Positions 17,090 through 26,779 of a stretch of DNA of 47,960 nt are shown here, in pieces. The notes below the pieces were generated by a model that was not told the DNA's origin, ran no database searches, and saw only the letters and a program-made list of their open reading frames with translations. The stretch is from a bacterium. Lineage in GTDB: Bacteria > Patescibacteriota > Patescibacteriia > Buchananbacterales > GWA2-38-13. A program made the position numbers and the translations under genes. Each line of letters starts with the position of its first letter. Within the stretch, counting starts at the first letter, position 1. The stretch lies in contig JAUSGZ010000045.1 of the NCBI GenBank assembly GCA_030648715.1, forward strand, positions 1 to 47,960, given 5' to 3'.

Positions 17090-18742
17090 CTACTCCACTA
17101 TTGTTCCCCCGAAATTCTCTAGTAACGGCTGCAGGGCGGCATCGGCGGCCTTGAACGCCGGACCGCTGTCGGCGGGCACCACCACCACTTCCAGCCGCAC
17201 GGGCTTGCCGATAGCGGCGGCGATGGTCTGCTCAAGGATATGACGGTTCTTCGGCTCACGCACCCGTTCCAGGTGGAAATCGTACGCCACGCCGACCCGT
17301 ACCACGTCGCCGGATACCTCCACCACGCGCGTCACCCGCAGGAGCGAAAAAAGACTGTAGTTCTGCGTTTTCACCTGAGCGACGATGGTCGGCCACTGGT
17401 TCTGGAGGGATTCGAGCGTCGCAACCGGCGGGTCTCTCGGGGATTCTCCTTGCGCCGCCGCTGGCGGCACGGCTTGTTCGGGCTCTGATTTGGTTGCCGC
17501 CTTGGCCGCAGCGGTCTTTGCCGCCTTGCGGCCGGCCGGCTTCTTTGGTTCATCCGCCGCGGGTTTGACCATCGTGCTTCCTCCTCCCGGCGCGACGGGC
17601 GGTTCAGCCTTTGCTGCCGACACGGGAGCGGGCGCTGCAACCGGTGAGTTGCCCATGCACAGCTCCACCACCGCCAGCTCGAGCGGCAGCTGCGGAATGG
17701 TGGCGAAACGCAACTCATTGGCGCGCGAAACCCAGACCGACAGCATGGTAACCAGCATTGCGGCGCTCGGCCGGGCAACCAGCTCGCTCAAAACCTGTTC
17801 CTGGGCAGGCGTCAGGATGACCCCGAGTTCAGACGCGCGCACCCCGCTCTTCACCAACAGCAAACGGCGCAGCCAGTCGGTCACCTCGTTGGCGAAATGT
17901 CCCATGTCCACACCGTCGGCCGCCAGCCTCCCGAGCAGCTCCAGGGCCTGCGTGGTCTGCTTGCCGACCATCGCGCGCAGGAATTCAATGACCGAGGCGG
18001 CGTCCGTATACGGAATGACCAGCCGCGCCTGGTCCAGCGTGATGGGATCATCGCCCAGCGCCAGTACCTGTTCCAAGACGCTCTCCGCGTCGCGCACGGA
18101 GCCGTCGGCATTCGCGACGATCGCGGCAATGGCTTCCTCGCCGACGGTTCGTCCTTCACGGGCGACCAGTTGGACGAGCCGCTCGGCCATGTCCGGAGCC
18201 GAGACCTTTTTGAAATCAAAACGCTGACAGCGACTGACAATGGTCGGCGGGAGCTTGGCGACCTCCGTGGTGGCGAGGACGAACAGCACATTGGCCGGCG
18301 GCTCCTCCAGCGTCTTGAGGAGCGCATTGAATGCCGCCAACGACAGCATGTGCACCTCGTCGATGATGAACACTTTCCAGCGCAGGCTGGTCGGCGCCAC
18401 GCGTGTATTGCCGATGATGTGCTCGCGCACGTGGTCCACGCCGGTGTGCGACGCCGCGTCGATCTCCAGCACGTCCAGCGCGTTCCCCACCGTAATGCTC
18501 GTGCACGCGATGCAGTCGTTGCACGGCTCCGCCGAACCGGGCTTGCGCTGGAGGCAATTGACGGCTTTCGCCAGCACGCGCGAGGTCGTTGTCTTGCCGG
18601 TCCCCCGCGGGCCCGCGAACAGGTAGGCGTGGGCGACGCGGTCGGTCTCCAGCTGATGCTTGAGCGTGGTGAGCACGTGCCGCTGGCCGGTGATGTCGGA
18701 AAATTTCTGCGGGCGGTGTTTACGGTACAACGAAGTAGTCAT
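17090..18742 (-). CDS. dnaX: DNA polymerase III subunit gamma/tau
   Basis: SLYRKHRPQKF, GPRGTGKTT, Cys zinc motif, EIDAAS, IIDEVHML, LLKTLEEPP, SRCQ. Confidence 0.97.
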   Translation of the reverse strand: MTTSLYRKHRPQKFSDITGQRHVLTTLKHQLETDRVAHAYLFAGPRGTGKTTTSRVLAKAVNCLQRKPGSAEPCNDCIACTSITVGNALDVLEIDAASHTGVDHVREHIIGNTRVAPTSLRWKVFIIDEVHMLSLAAFNALLKTLEEPPANVLFVLATTEVAKLPPTIVSRCQRFDFKKVSAPDMAERLVQLVAREGRTVGEEAIAAIVANADGSVRDAESVLEQVLALGDDPITLDQARLVIPYTDAASVIEFLRAMVGKQTTQALELLGRLAADGVDMGHFANEVTDWLRRLLLVKSGVRASELGVILTPAQEQVLSELVARPSAAMLVTMLSVWVSRANELRFATIPQLPLELAVVELCMGNSPVAAPAPVSAAKAEPPVAPGGGSTMVKPAADEPKKPAGRKAAKTAAAKAATKSEPEQAVPPAAAQGESPRDPPVATLESLQNQWPTIVAQVKTQNYSLFSLLRVTRVVEVSGDVVRVGVAYDFHLERVREPKNRHILEQTIAAAIGKPVRLEVVVVPADSGPAFKAADAALQPLLENFGGTIVE

Positions 18743-18834
18743 GGGTGGCAGGTAGTGCGTGAGCAGGGGTATTGTACACCGCGGCCTAGGTGGGCGCAAT
18801 CGGGCGCGTTGGGCTTATTTTCCGCTGCAGGCAA

Positions 18835-19030
18835 ATAAAAAAGGGGCCGGTATCAGAGGAGAAATACCGCGCCCCAAAAACGAGGAGGAAAGAGTGTTTG
18901 GCGGCCGCGTGGCCGAAAGGGCGGATGAGTAATGAAAGAAGGAAAAGAGAGTAGTCTTGCCTCTACCCGCGTGGGTACAACCAAGGCTACTCTCCTTTTC
19001 GTTCCTCCACTTGAAAGAGCCTGAGAAAAA
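18835..19030 (-). ncRNA. Putative structured small RNA upstream of dnaX
   Basis: TTGACA-16-TACACT promoter (about 19061-19034), long hairpin gaaaaggagagtagccttg/caagactactctcttttc, terminator ggggc..gcccc-U6; no convincing ORF. Confidence 0.45.
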
Positions 19031-19073
19031 TGAAGTGTAGCAGAACTGGGGCCATTGTCAAGGGGGGTACGGC

Positions 19074-19400
19074 CTACGGCGTCATACGCTCCGGGTCTGC
19101 GGCTTCGGGATTGGGCGGCAGCAGCCACCCGCCGCGCGCCGGCGCACAGGCATTATAGATGATCTCCATCTGGCGCGACATCCGCTCCTCCATGGTTCGC
19201 AGGTCGTCCTGGAGCGTACGATAGTTCTGCTCGGCGACGCGCGGAAACTCGCGCACCATGTAGCGGAGCGCGATCTTCTGTGCGACGATGACACTCCCCA
19301 GCGCAAACAGCAGGAACATGATGATGGCCAGGAAAAAAGCCACGTCGCCGTGGATGTTGACGCGGCGCGGGAGTGCCTTTGGAGTCGACTTCTTCGGCAT
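19074..19400 (-). CDS. Hypothetical single-TM protein
   Basis: 108 aa, one TM, short coiled coil, directly downstream of 19407..19982. Confidence 0.65.
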   Translation of the reverse strand: MPKKSTPKALPRRVNIHGDVAFFLAIIMFLLFALGSVIVAQKIALRYMVREFPRVAEQNYRTLQDDLRTMEERMSRQMEIIYNACAPARGGWLLPPNPEAADPERMTP

Positions 19401-19406
19401 ACGTTC

Positions 19407-19982
19407 CTAAGCGGCGATGATATTCTCCACCGCGGCCCAGTTGCTGCGGGAGCTCTTCGGTACCAGGATGACCACCTGGTCGCCCGGTTTTCCGTGGAAG
19501 TACGTCACCGATGCGGTCAGCACCCGCCACCGGCGCTCGCCCTTGACCGCATACCAATCGCCGGTCAGCTGGTCGCGCGCCAGCACGCCGATGAACTGGT
19601 CGCGCTCGATAGGCCCGATCTGCTTATAAATAAAAGAACCATTCTGGGTAATGGTCAGTTTCAAGATGTCGCCCTCCACGAGCTTGGATTTGCTGGCGTA
19701 GTTGGGCGGCACGTTGTAGCGCTTGCCGTCCGCCCCGACCATCGCCTCTCCATTGAAGACGCCCTCAATGACGCGCCCGACCGCGCCGCTGGCGATCGCG
19801 CGGGCGGCGGTGTTGGCCTGCTGCAGGCTCTCCATCACCAGCGCGGCGTTGGCGTCGCCGCTATTGAGCGACTCCAGGGCACGCGCAATATTCTTCTGGG
19901 TGTCCTCCAGCAGTTTTTTCAGATCTTCCGCCGACTGGCCTTCGCCGACCGGCGGCTGTTCGTGATTTTTGTTTTCCCGCAT
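19407..19982 (-). CDS. Conserved hypothetical protein (coiled coil + OB-like domains)
   Basis: AGGAGG SD; IEGVFNGEAM, YNVPPNYASKSKLVEGD, FIYKQIGP, WAAVEN look like conserved blocks. Confidence 0.8.
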   Translation of the reverse strand: MRENKNHEQPPVGEGQSAEDLKKLLEDTQKNIARALESLNSGDANAALVMESLQQANTAARAIASGAVGRVIEGVFNGEAMVGADGKRYNVPPNYASKSKLVEGDILKLTITQNGSFIYKQIGPIERDQFIGVLARDQLTGDWYAVKGERRWRVLTASVTYFHGKPGDQVVILVPKSSRSNWAAVENIIAA

Positions 19983-20107
19983 ACCTCCTAGGTCAACGGT
20001 TGAACGTGTGGTAATTGTATTTGCTAAATTATTTTTTATTTACCTTGTCCCGCTCACGCCTCGGGTACATCCATTGTACGACGGGGCATACCGGGAGTTT
20101 TTCGCGC

Positions 20108-20659
20108 TTAGGAATTCTCGGCGGGTTTGTTCGTCGCGCCGCCGACATCGTACCGGTAGATGGCGATGCTGGTTGGGGTGGGCTTGGAAACCGCGCTCGG
20201 CTGCCAGCCGGAGATGGGGAACGCGTAGCTCACGACCCTGGCCCCGGCCCGCAATTCCGTCGCGAGCTTCGGGCCAAGCCTGGTCATCGCGCGCGGCGTC
20301 AGAAAGGTCGTGACCACCGCCGCATCGGACAGCGATTGATTGAAAAAATTGCGATAGCGGACCTTCGCCTGCCGCCACTGGCCCGCACCCAGTATTCTAC
20401 CCCAGGCCAAAAGGTAGGGCAAGAGCGATACCTCAAACCCGACCGCCAGGGCCCCCGATCGGGCTGCCGCAGCCAGAATACGCCCGTCCCCGCAACCCAG
20501 GTCGTAGAGCAACTCGCCGCGCCGGAGGTGGGCCAGGGCCAGCATCCGCCGCACGTCGGCTTTGGGCATCGGCAGCCACGGCGCGGCCAGCACCCCGCCC
20601 CAGGCCATGGTTCCCAGGAACGCAATGATTCCCAATGTCCCCCACCACGGCAACAGCAT
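20108..20659 (-). CDS. Class I SAM-dependent methyltransferase with N-terminal TM
   Basis: APWLP, YDLGCGDGR, GFEVS, GARVVSYAF. Confidence 0.9.
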   Translation of the reverse strand: MLLPWWGTLGIIAFLGTMAWGGVLAAPWLPMPKADVRRMLALAHLRRGELLYDLGCGDGRILAAAARSGALAVGFEVSLLPYLLAWGRILGAGQWRQAKVRYRNFFNQSLSDAAVVTTFLTPRAMTRLGPKLATELRAGARVVSYAFPISGWQPSAVSKPTPTSIAIYRYDVGGATNKPAENS

Positions 20660-20754
20660 ATCCCCATATCCTACCCTACGAGGACCGTGACGGCTACCTG
20701 TGGTATACTGCAGTCAGCCGAAAATCGCAGCCCGGGGAGAAACAAAACGGCGCC

Positions 20755-21687
20755 ATGCGCAACGCGACAGAAATAAAATTCCCCCACTATACCCTGCTGA
20801 CCGTCAGCAACCCCGCCAGTCTTGACCTGGACGAGTTGGCGCGGCGTTGGCATTTTCATCCACTCGACCTGCAAGAAGCCGGAACGCTCGCCAAGCGCTC
20901 GCGGCTGGAAACCTACGCCGAGTACGCGTGCCTGGTCACGCTCTGGCCGACCTACCGCCGCAGCACCCGCGATATCAAGCCGGTGGTGCTGACGTTTTTC
21001 ATCCGTCCCGACGCGCTGATCGTGCTGCAGCGCGGTACGTTCCCGGTTTTCAACGAAGTCATCCAGCGCTACGCCGGCAGCAACGAGCTGCGCACCGCGC
21101 TGGGCGAGCGCTCCCCCGAACGGCTGCTGTATGAGATCCTCAACCAGCTCTACCAGTCGCTCTTCCCCATGATCGACCACCTGATCGACGACTGCGACGT
21201 CATCGAGCAGGAAATTTTTGCGAGCCACGAACGCCAGATGATCTCCCACATCCTGGCCATCCGCCGCAACATCACCGACGTGCGCAAGATCCTGCAAGTG
21301 CACAAAAGCGTGCTCAAGCGGCTCGCGGCGTTCCTGACGGAAAATCCGCGCTACGCGATGCGATCCACCGACCGTTACTTCGGCGACCTCATCGACTACG
21401 CCAAAGAAGACTGGGACACGCTGGAAAATCTAAAAGAACGCATTGAGGCCTTGCAGCAGACCAATGAGTCGCAGATCTCTTTCCGGCTGTCCGACATCAT
21501 GAAGACCCTGACCATCATCTCGGTCTTCACATTCCCTTTGACCCTGGTGGCGTCCACGTTCGCGCTGAACACGGAGGGCGCCATGCCCTGGCTCCATGAC
21601 CCGAATGGTTTTTGGTATGTCGTTGGCATCCAAGGAGCGCTTGCCGCGGTGATGTTTCTCGTGTTCAAACGTAAACGGTGGTTCTAA
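20755..21687 (+). CDS. corA: CorA-family Mg2+/divalent cation transporter
   Basis: HFHPLDL, IMKTLTIIS..FPLTLVAS, C-terminal two TM with MPW and KRKRWF; signature GMN appears as ALN. Confidence 0.85.
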   Translation: MRNATEIKFPHYTLLTVSNPASLDLDELARRWHFHPLDLQEAGTLAKRSRLETYAEYACLVTLWPTYRRSTRDIKPVVLTFFIRPDALIVLQRGTFPVFNEVIQRYAGSNELRTALGERSPERLLYEILNQLYQSLFPMIDHLIDDCDVIEQEIFASHERQMISHILAIRRNITDVRKILQVHKSVLKRLAAFLTENPRYAMRSTDRYFGDLIDYAKEDWDTLENLKERIEALQQTNESQISFRLSDIMKTLTIISVFTFPLTLVASTFALNTEGAMPWLHDPNGFWYVVGIQGALAAVMFLVFKRKRWF

Positions 21688-21696
21688 GTGAGACGG

Positions 21697-21815
21697 GTAG
21701 TAGGATTGTAGGACGGTAGGATGATGTAGGATAGCAGATGAAAAGGACCGGCAGGCCGGTCCTTTTTAATATTCCTCACCTACCCAACTACCACCCTACC
21801 CAACTACCACCCTAC
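21697..21815. repeat. Bidirectional terminator flanked by short GTAGG/CCTAC tandem repeats
   Basis: TAGGA units x4 left of aaaaggaccggc-ag-gccggtcctttt (21741-21766); cctacccaactaccac x2 on the right. Confidence 0.65.
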
Positions 21816-22944
21816 TCTCCTCCCTCGCCTCGATCTGCCGTACCACGTCGGCGGCCAGGTCATACGCGGCATTGGGCTTGCCCAAACCGCGACAGGCGGA
21901 CTTCCGCTCGGCGGCAAGCCTGGCGTCGGTGAGCAGCGGCGCGATGGCCTCGGCCAGTTGGTCGGGGGCGTGGGCGGAAACGGCCACCTGGTGGCGCAGC
22001 AGGAATGCGAGATTGTCCTCCTCCTGGCCGGGGATGGCCGACGGTATCGCCATGACCGCGCCCATCGCCAGACATTCGGACACCGTCAAGCCGCCGGCCT
22101 TGGTGATGACCACATCACAGGCCGACAACAGCTCTTCCATATTCTGGACGAAGCCAAAGACTAAGACCCCGTCGGTCCGCGGCAGTGCGGAGCGCTTCAG
22201 TTGGCTGCGCAGCCAGTGGTCGCGCCCGGTGACCAGGAGGAATTTGGTATTCGGCGCGTGCCCACGAACCAGCGGCACCAGCCGCTCCAGATACCCGACG
22301 GACAAAAGGCCGCCGATGACCAGCACGACCGGCTCCCCTCCCGACAGGCCGAGACTGCGGCGCACGGCGGCAGCATCAATGGCGCGGGCAAATTTCGGCT
22401 GTACGGGGATGCCGGTCACGGCCACCCGCTGCGGCGGGACCCCGAATCCGCCCAAGCAGCGGCGCACATCTTCGGTGGACACGAAATAGCGGTCGGTCGC
22501 CTCATCGACCCAAAAACTGTGGCAGCCGTAATCGGTCACGACCACCGCCGTAGGAATTTCTGCAATGGTTTTGTCGCCGACATGCGCCAGGAGGCGGGTT
22601 GGCATTGGATGCGTGCCGATGATGAAATCCGGCCGGTACTCGCGCACATACCGGAGCAGCGGCCGTTCCATGGCCCAACGGGTGATGGTTACCAGCATGC
22701 CGTGGCGCGCGGGCCGGTCGTAGCGGCGGTAGAGGAATCCCCAGAGCTTGGTCCAGTGCGAACTGATGAAATTGTACCCGTCCTCGTAAAAGAAGCGGAA
22801 CACCGGCCGCGCGAACTGCAGCACATTGACGTTCCGCACCGTAATGTCGGGATGGCGTTCGGCGAACGCCGCCGTGATGGCTTCGGCCGCTTTGACATGG
22901 CCCATCCCGCCGGTCGCATGCAAAATCAAGACTCGTCCAGCCAT
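21796..22944 (-). CDS. Glycosyltransferase GT28, UgtP/MGDG synthase-like
   Basis: GMGHVKAA, PDFIIGTHP, VVTDY..H..W, TGIPV, ITKAGGLTVSE, PGQEEDN. Confidence 0.9.
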   Translation of the reverse strand: MAGRVLILHATGGMGHVKAAEAITAAFAERHPDITVRNVNVLQFARPVFRFFYEDGYNFISSHWTKLWGFLYRRYDRPARHGMLVTITRWAMERPLLRYVREYRPDFIIGTHPMPTRLLAHVGDKTIAEIPTAVVVTDYGCHSFWVDEATDRYFVSTEDVRRCLGGFGVPPQRVAVTGIPVQPKFARAIDAAAVRRSLGLSGGEPVVLVIGGLLSVGYLERLVPLVRGHAPNTKFLLVTGRDHWLRSQLKRSALPRTDGVLVFGFVQNMEELLSACDVVITKAGGLTVSECLAMGAVMAIPSAIPGQEEDNLAFLLRHQVAVSAHAPDQLAEAIAPLLTDARLAAERKSACRGLGKPNAAYDLAADVVRQIEAREESRVVVG

Positions 22945-22975
22945 GTGCGTTGTGGTCCGGCGCTGGCCCACGGTG

Positions 22976-24376
22976 TTATCCCTTGGGCGCCACCCGCGGA
23001 CCGTCGGGCGTGTCTTCAATAGTAAATCCGGCACTCGCGCCCTCATCGCGCAGCCGGTCGGACTCTTTCCAATCTTTCTTTTTTCGCGCCTCCTCGCGGC
23101 GGGCGACCAGCGCCAGGATATTTTTGGGGATCTCTGCCGCGACGGTTTCCCCCAGCCGCAACCCCAGCACGCGGTCGAACTGCGCCAAGGATTGCCGCTT
23201 GGCGTGGCCCGGCAACGAATGGTCAGAAAGCATATCCCACAGCACCGCCAGCGCCTGCGGCGTGTTCAGGTCGTCGCTGATGGCACGGGCAAAATGCGCC
23301 TCGTATTCGGCGCAGCCGACCGCAGGCGCCTCCAATTCGGCCGCGGCCCGGCGCAAGCGCTTCAACGCTTGCGCCGCGCCGTCCAACGCCTCCCAGGAAA
23401 AATTGAGCTTCTGGCGATAGTGGGTGTTCAGGCAGAGGTAACGGTACGAGATGGGATCGTAGCCGCGCTCCACGACGTCGGAAAGTTTCACGAACGTACC
23501 CGCGGATTTCGCCATCTTCGCCTTACCTAGGTCCAAGAACGCGCCGTGCAGCCACACCTGCACCGTCCGCATCCCGTAGGCGGCCTCGTTCTGGGCGATC
23601 TCGTTGGTGTGGTGCACCGCGATGTGGTCTTCCCCGCCGCAGTGGAGGTCGAAAGGAAAACCCAGATGCCGCTCGGACATCGCCGAGCATTCGATATGCC
23701 AGCCCGGGAAACCGACGCCCCACGGCGATTCCCAGCGCATAACATGCTGGGCATTTTTTCCCGCCAACTTGAACCAGAGGGCGAAATCCGCGGGATGCTT
23801 TTTGGCCGGGTCAACCTCCACTTCGTCGCGTGCGCCGACCGATTTTTCCTTCAGCTTTTGACCTGACAGCGCGGTGTAGCCCGGGAACTTCGCGACGTCG
23901 AAATAGACGGCCAGCGGCGTTGCATACGCGTAGCCATTCTTCATCATCCGTTCGATAAGCGCGATCATCTGCGGCACGTGGTCGGTGGCCTTCGGCAGGA
24001 CGTGCGGCCGCAGGATGTTGAGCGCGGAAAGGTCGGCGAGGAACGCCTGGGTGTAGCGGTCGGCAAGCGTACGCAGGCTCTCCACCGTCGGCGGCAACTG
24101 CTCGCGCGCGAGTGCCTTTTGCATCTTGTCCTCGCCGGTATCGGCGTCCGACACGAGGTGGCCGACGTCGGTGATGTTCATCACGTGTTTGACGGAAAGA
24201 CCCAGGTACTCGAGCGTTCGGCGCAACACATCCTCGAACAGGTAGGTGCGCAGATTGCCAATGTGCGCAAAGTCGTACACGGTCGGCCCGCAGGCATACA
24301 TACGGACGGCGTTGCCGTCCAGGGGCCGCACTGCTTCCTTGCGGCGCGTCAGCGTGTTGTAGAGGAGAAATTCCAT
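22976..24376 (-). CDS. cysS: Cysteine--tRNA ligase
   Basis: YACGPTVY, HIGN, NITDV, PGWHIECSAM, HHTNE, KMAKS. Confidence 0.98.
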   Translation of the reverse strand: MEFLLYNTLTRRKEAVRPLDGNAVRMYACGPTVYDFAHIGNLRTYLFEDVLRRTLEYLGLSVKHVMNITDVGHLVSDADTGEDKMQKALAREQLPPTVESLRTLADRYTQAFLADLSALNILRPHVLPKATDHVPQMIALIERMMKNGYAYATPLAVYFDVAKFPGYTALSGQKLKEKSVGARDEVEVDPAKKHPADFALWFKLAGKNAQHVMRWESPWGVGFPGWHIECSAMSERHLGFPFDLHCGGEDHIAVHHTNEIAQNEAAYGMRTVQVWLHGAFLDLGKAKMAKSAGTFVKLSDVVERGYDPISYRYLCLNTHYRQKLNFSWEALDGAAQALKRLRRAAAELEAPAVGCAEYEAHFARAISDDLNTPQALAVLWDMLSDHSLPGHAKRQSLAQFDRVLGLRLGETVAAEIPKNILALVARREEARKKKDWKESDRLRDEGASAGFTIEDTPDGPRVAPKG

Positions 24377-24440
24377 GGCGTCGATGTTGCGAATGCCAAA
24401 ATACTAGCCGTTTTTGCAGAAAAATGAAAGCGGGCGCGGC

Positions 24441-24615
24441 TTGACGAACCCGCCGCCTATGCTACTGTGGATATGCAGGGCCGGCTTCTCACCCAACTCC
24501 AACCCTACCCTTTCGACCCAAACAACCTTGGCCGGCCCTCTTCAGTGCCCTTTGGCTGCGCGCGGCAGCCCTCCTGAACCCCTCGGCAGACTTCACATGC
24601 CGAGGGGATTTTTTA
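24441..24615 (+). ncRNA. Putative small RNA or 34-aa leaderless ORF with own promoter and terminator
   Basis: TTGACG-16-TACTGT, stem agggccggc/gccggccct around a C/A-rich loop, terminator cccctcggca/tgccgagggg-U6; ATG 24473 to TGA 24577 is also open. Confidence 0.4.
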
Positions 24616-24646
24616 TTCCCGCCGCGCTGGCGTACAATGGAAGCAC

Positions 24647-26506
24647 ATGCTCCCCCAGCGAAAATTCCTGTCCCGCTACTGGAAGAACGAACGCGGCACC
24701 ATCGCGGCGATCTTTACGTTCATTATGCTGGCCCAGGGCTTCTCGCTGCTGGAACCCTACCTGTGGACGCGCCTGCTGGACGGTTTTCTCAAGGAAGTAA
24801 CCGACCGCTCCAAATTTCCGACCGAGGAGATATTTTTCGGACAGGTCACCGGCATCGTTCTGTTCTGGATAGCGGCCGCGCTCGCCTCGCGAACCGCGAA
24901 GAATATCCACCAATTCTATGCGACGACGCTGGCCGACCGGGTCGGCATCCGCGTTTTCCTGCACGCATTCTCGCACGTGCTGGACCTACCGATGCGCTTC
25001 CACGCCAACGTCAAAGGCGGCGAACTGTTCCGGAAACTGACCAAGGCGCGCACCGACGTGACGGCGTTCCTCACCACCTACTTTGAAAAGATCTTCCAGA
25101 ACGCGTTCGCTATCGCTTTGGTCGCCGCCTACACCTTCATCCGCAACTGGCGGATGGGCCTGGCCCTGGTGATCTTCATCCCGCCGTTCCTGCTGGTGAC
25201 CGCGCTGCTGACCCGCCGCATCCGGCGCATCCAAAACCGCATCAACAAGGCGAACGAAACGCTGTTTGGCACCACCGTGGAAGCCATCACCCACATCGAG
25301 GTGGTCAAGGCGTTCGCCACCGCGTCCCACGAGCACCGGCTGGCCTCGCGCGACCACCGCATCGCCCACGCGCACGTGCAGGAACGCACGCGGGCGTACC
25401 AGATCCTGACCTTCACCCAGGGCACCATCATCAACCTGGCGCGCGTGACCATGATCTGGTACGGCGCGCTGCTCCTGTTCCGCGGCCAGCTGTCGTTCGG
25501 CGACCTCGTCCTTTTCAACATCTTCACGTTCTGGGTCTACCAGCCGCTCTACGAGCTGGGCGAGATCTACGCCAAATACCAGGAGGGCGTGAACGCCGTG
25601 GAACGCCTGCAGACGGTCCTGCGCGAACCGACCGACGAAGGCGGTGGCGCATCGGCCGTCATTCCCGAGGAGCTGCGGGGCGACATCGAGTTCCGGCACG
25701 TCGGCTTCACCTACAGCGACGAGCAGCGCGAGGTCCTGCGCGACGTGTCGTTCCGCGTCAAACCGGGGCAAAAACTGGCGCTGGTCGGCATGTCGGGTTC
25801 CGGCAAGACCACGGTGGTCAAACTGCTGCTGCGCTTCTTTGCGCCGACCAACGGCCAAGTCTTGGTGGACGGGCGCAGCTTGCGCGACTACGACGTGGAG
25901 GCCCTGCGTAACCGTATCGGCCTGGTGATGCAGGACAATATCCTCTTCAACATGAGCTTGGCGGACAACATCCGCTATGGCACGTTCGACGCTACCGACG
26001 AACAGGTGGTCGCCGCGGCGCGGCGGGCGTACCTGGACGACCTGGTGGCGACGCTGCCCGACGGCTACAAGACCCTGGTCGGCGAGCGCGGCATCAAGCT
26101 GTCCGGCGGCGAGCGCCAGCGGGTCGCCATCGCGCGCGCCATCATCAAGCAGCCCGATATCCTCATCTTCGACGAAGCCACGTCGGCCCTGGACTCCCGC
26201 TCCGAAGAACTCATCAAGCGCGCTATCCTTGAAGTCTCCGCCGGCGTCACGACCGTCACCGTCGCCCACCGCTTCGCCACCGTCATGAACGCCGACGAGA
26301 TCCTGCTTTTTGAACGGGGGCGCATCATGGAGCGCGGCACGCATGACCAGCTGCTCAAGCGGCACGGGCGCTACCGCGAACTTTTTGAACTCCAAACCCG
26401 GCACGGCGTTTCGCTTTCCTCTCCCCGCAGATCCGAAGAACCGTCACCTGCCGCCGAACAGCCCGCGGAACCCAACCGCCCGTCGGCCGAGGAAACGCCA
26501 ACGTAA
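24647..26506 (+). CDS. ABC exporter, fused permease/ATPase (MsbA-like)
   Basis: TM domain, GMSGSGKTT, LSGGERQR, FDEATSALD, AHR. Confidence 0.95.
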   Translation: MLPQRKFLSRYWKNERGTIAAIFTFIMLAQGFSLLEPYLWTRLLDGFLKEVTDRSKFPTEEIFFGQVTGIVLFWIAAALASRTAKNIHQFYATTLADRVGIRVFLHAFSHVLDLPMRFHANVKGGELFRKLTKARTDVTAFLTTYFEKIFQNAFAIALVAAYTFIRNWRMGLALVIFIPPFLLVTALLTRRIRRIQNRINKANETLFGTTVEAITHIEVVKAFATASHEHRLASRDHRIAHAHVQERTRAYQILTFTQGTIINLARVTMIWYGALLLFRGQLSFGDLVLFNIFTFWVYQPLYELGEIYAKYQEGVNAVERLQTVLREPTDEGGGASAVIPEELRGDIEFRHVGFTYSDEQREVLRDVSFRVKPGQKLALVGMSGSGKTTVVKLLLRFFAPTNGQVLVDGRSLRDYDVEALRNRIGLVMQDNILFNMSLADNIRYGTFDATDEQVVAAARRAYLDDLVATLPDGYKTLVGERGIKLSGGERQRVAIARAIIKQPDILIFDEATSALDSRSEELIKRAILEVSAGVTTVTVAHRFATVMNADEILLFERGRIMERGTHDQLLKRHGRYRELFELQTRHGVSLSSPRRSEEPSPAAEQPAEPNRPSAEETPT

Positions 26507-26779
26507 GCACGGCTAAAAAACCTTCGCCCGAGGAGCGGGAGCGACCGGCATCCCGCTTTTTCGTGTTGACATCGCATCCCCCTTGCCGTATCCTCCCTGT
26601 GGTCTTTGACAACTGCATACCGGCGCTTTCCAGCATTCCCAGACGGGATGCGGCGCAGGCGGCAACGACCGTTCCGTCATTATTTCTGCGGCGGCGCAAA
26701 CCTCCGCAGAAACGACGGCTGCATTCCGAGGATGGTCCGCGGAATACAACGCCTGCCGAAAACGGCAGGGGAGGCTCTC

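Noticed and set aside
18205-18215. C-AAA-AAG slippery-like heptamer in dnaX
   Set aside because: Lies inside the AAA+ domain, far upstream of where a gamma-producing frameshift would be useful.
18835-19030. SRP RNA (ffs), often next to dnaX
   Set aside because: Conserved CAGG-GGAA-AGCAG domain IV motif not found on either strand.
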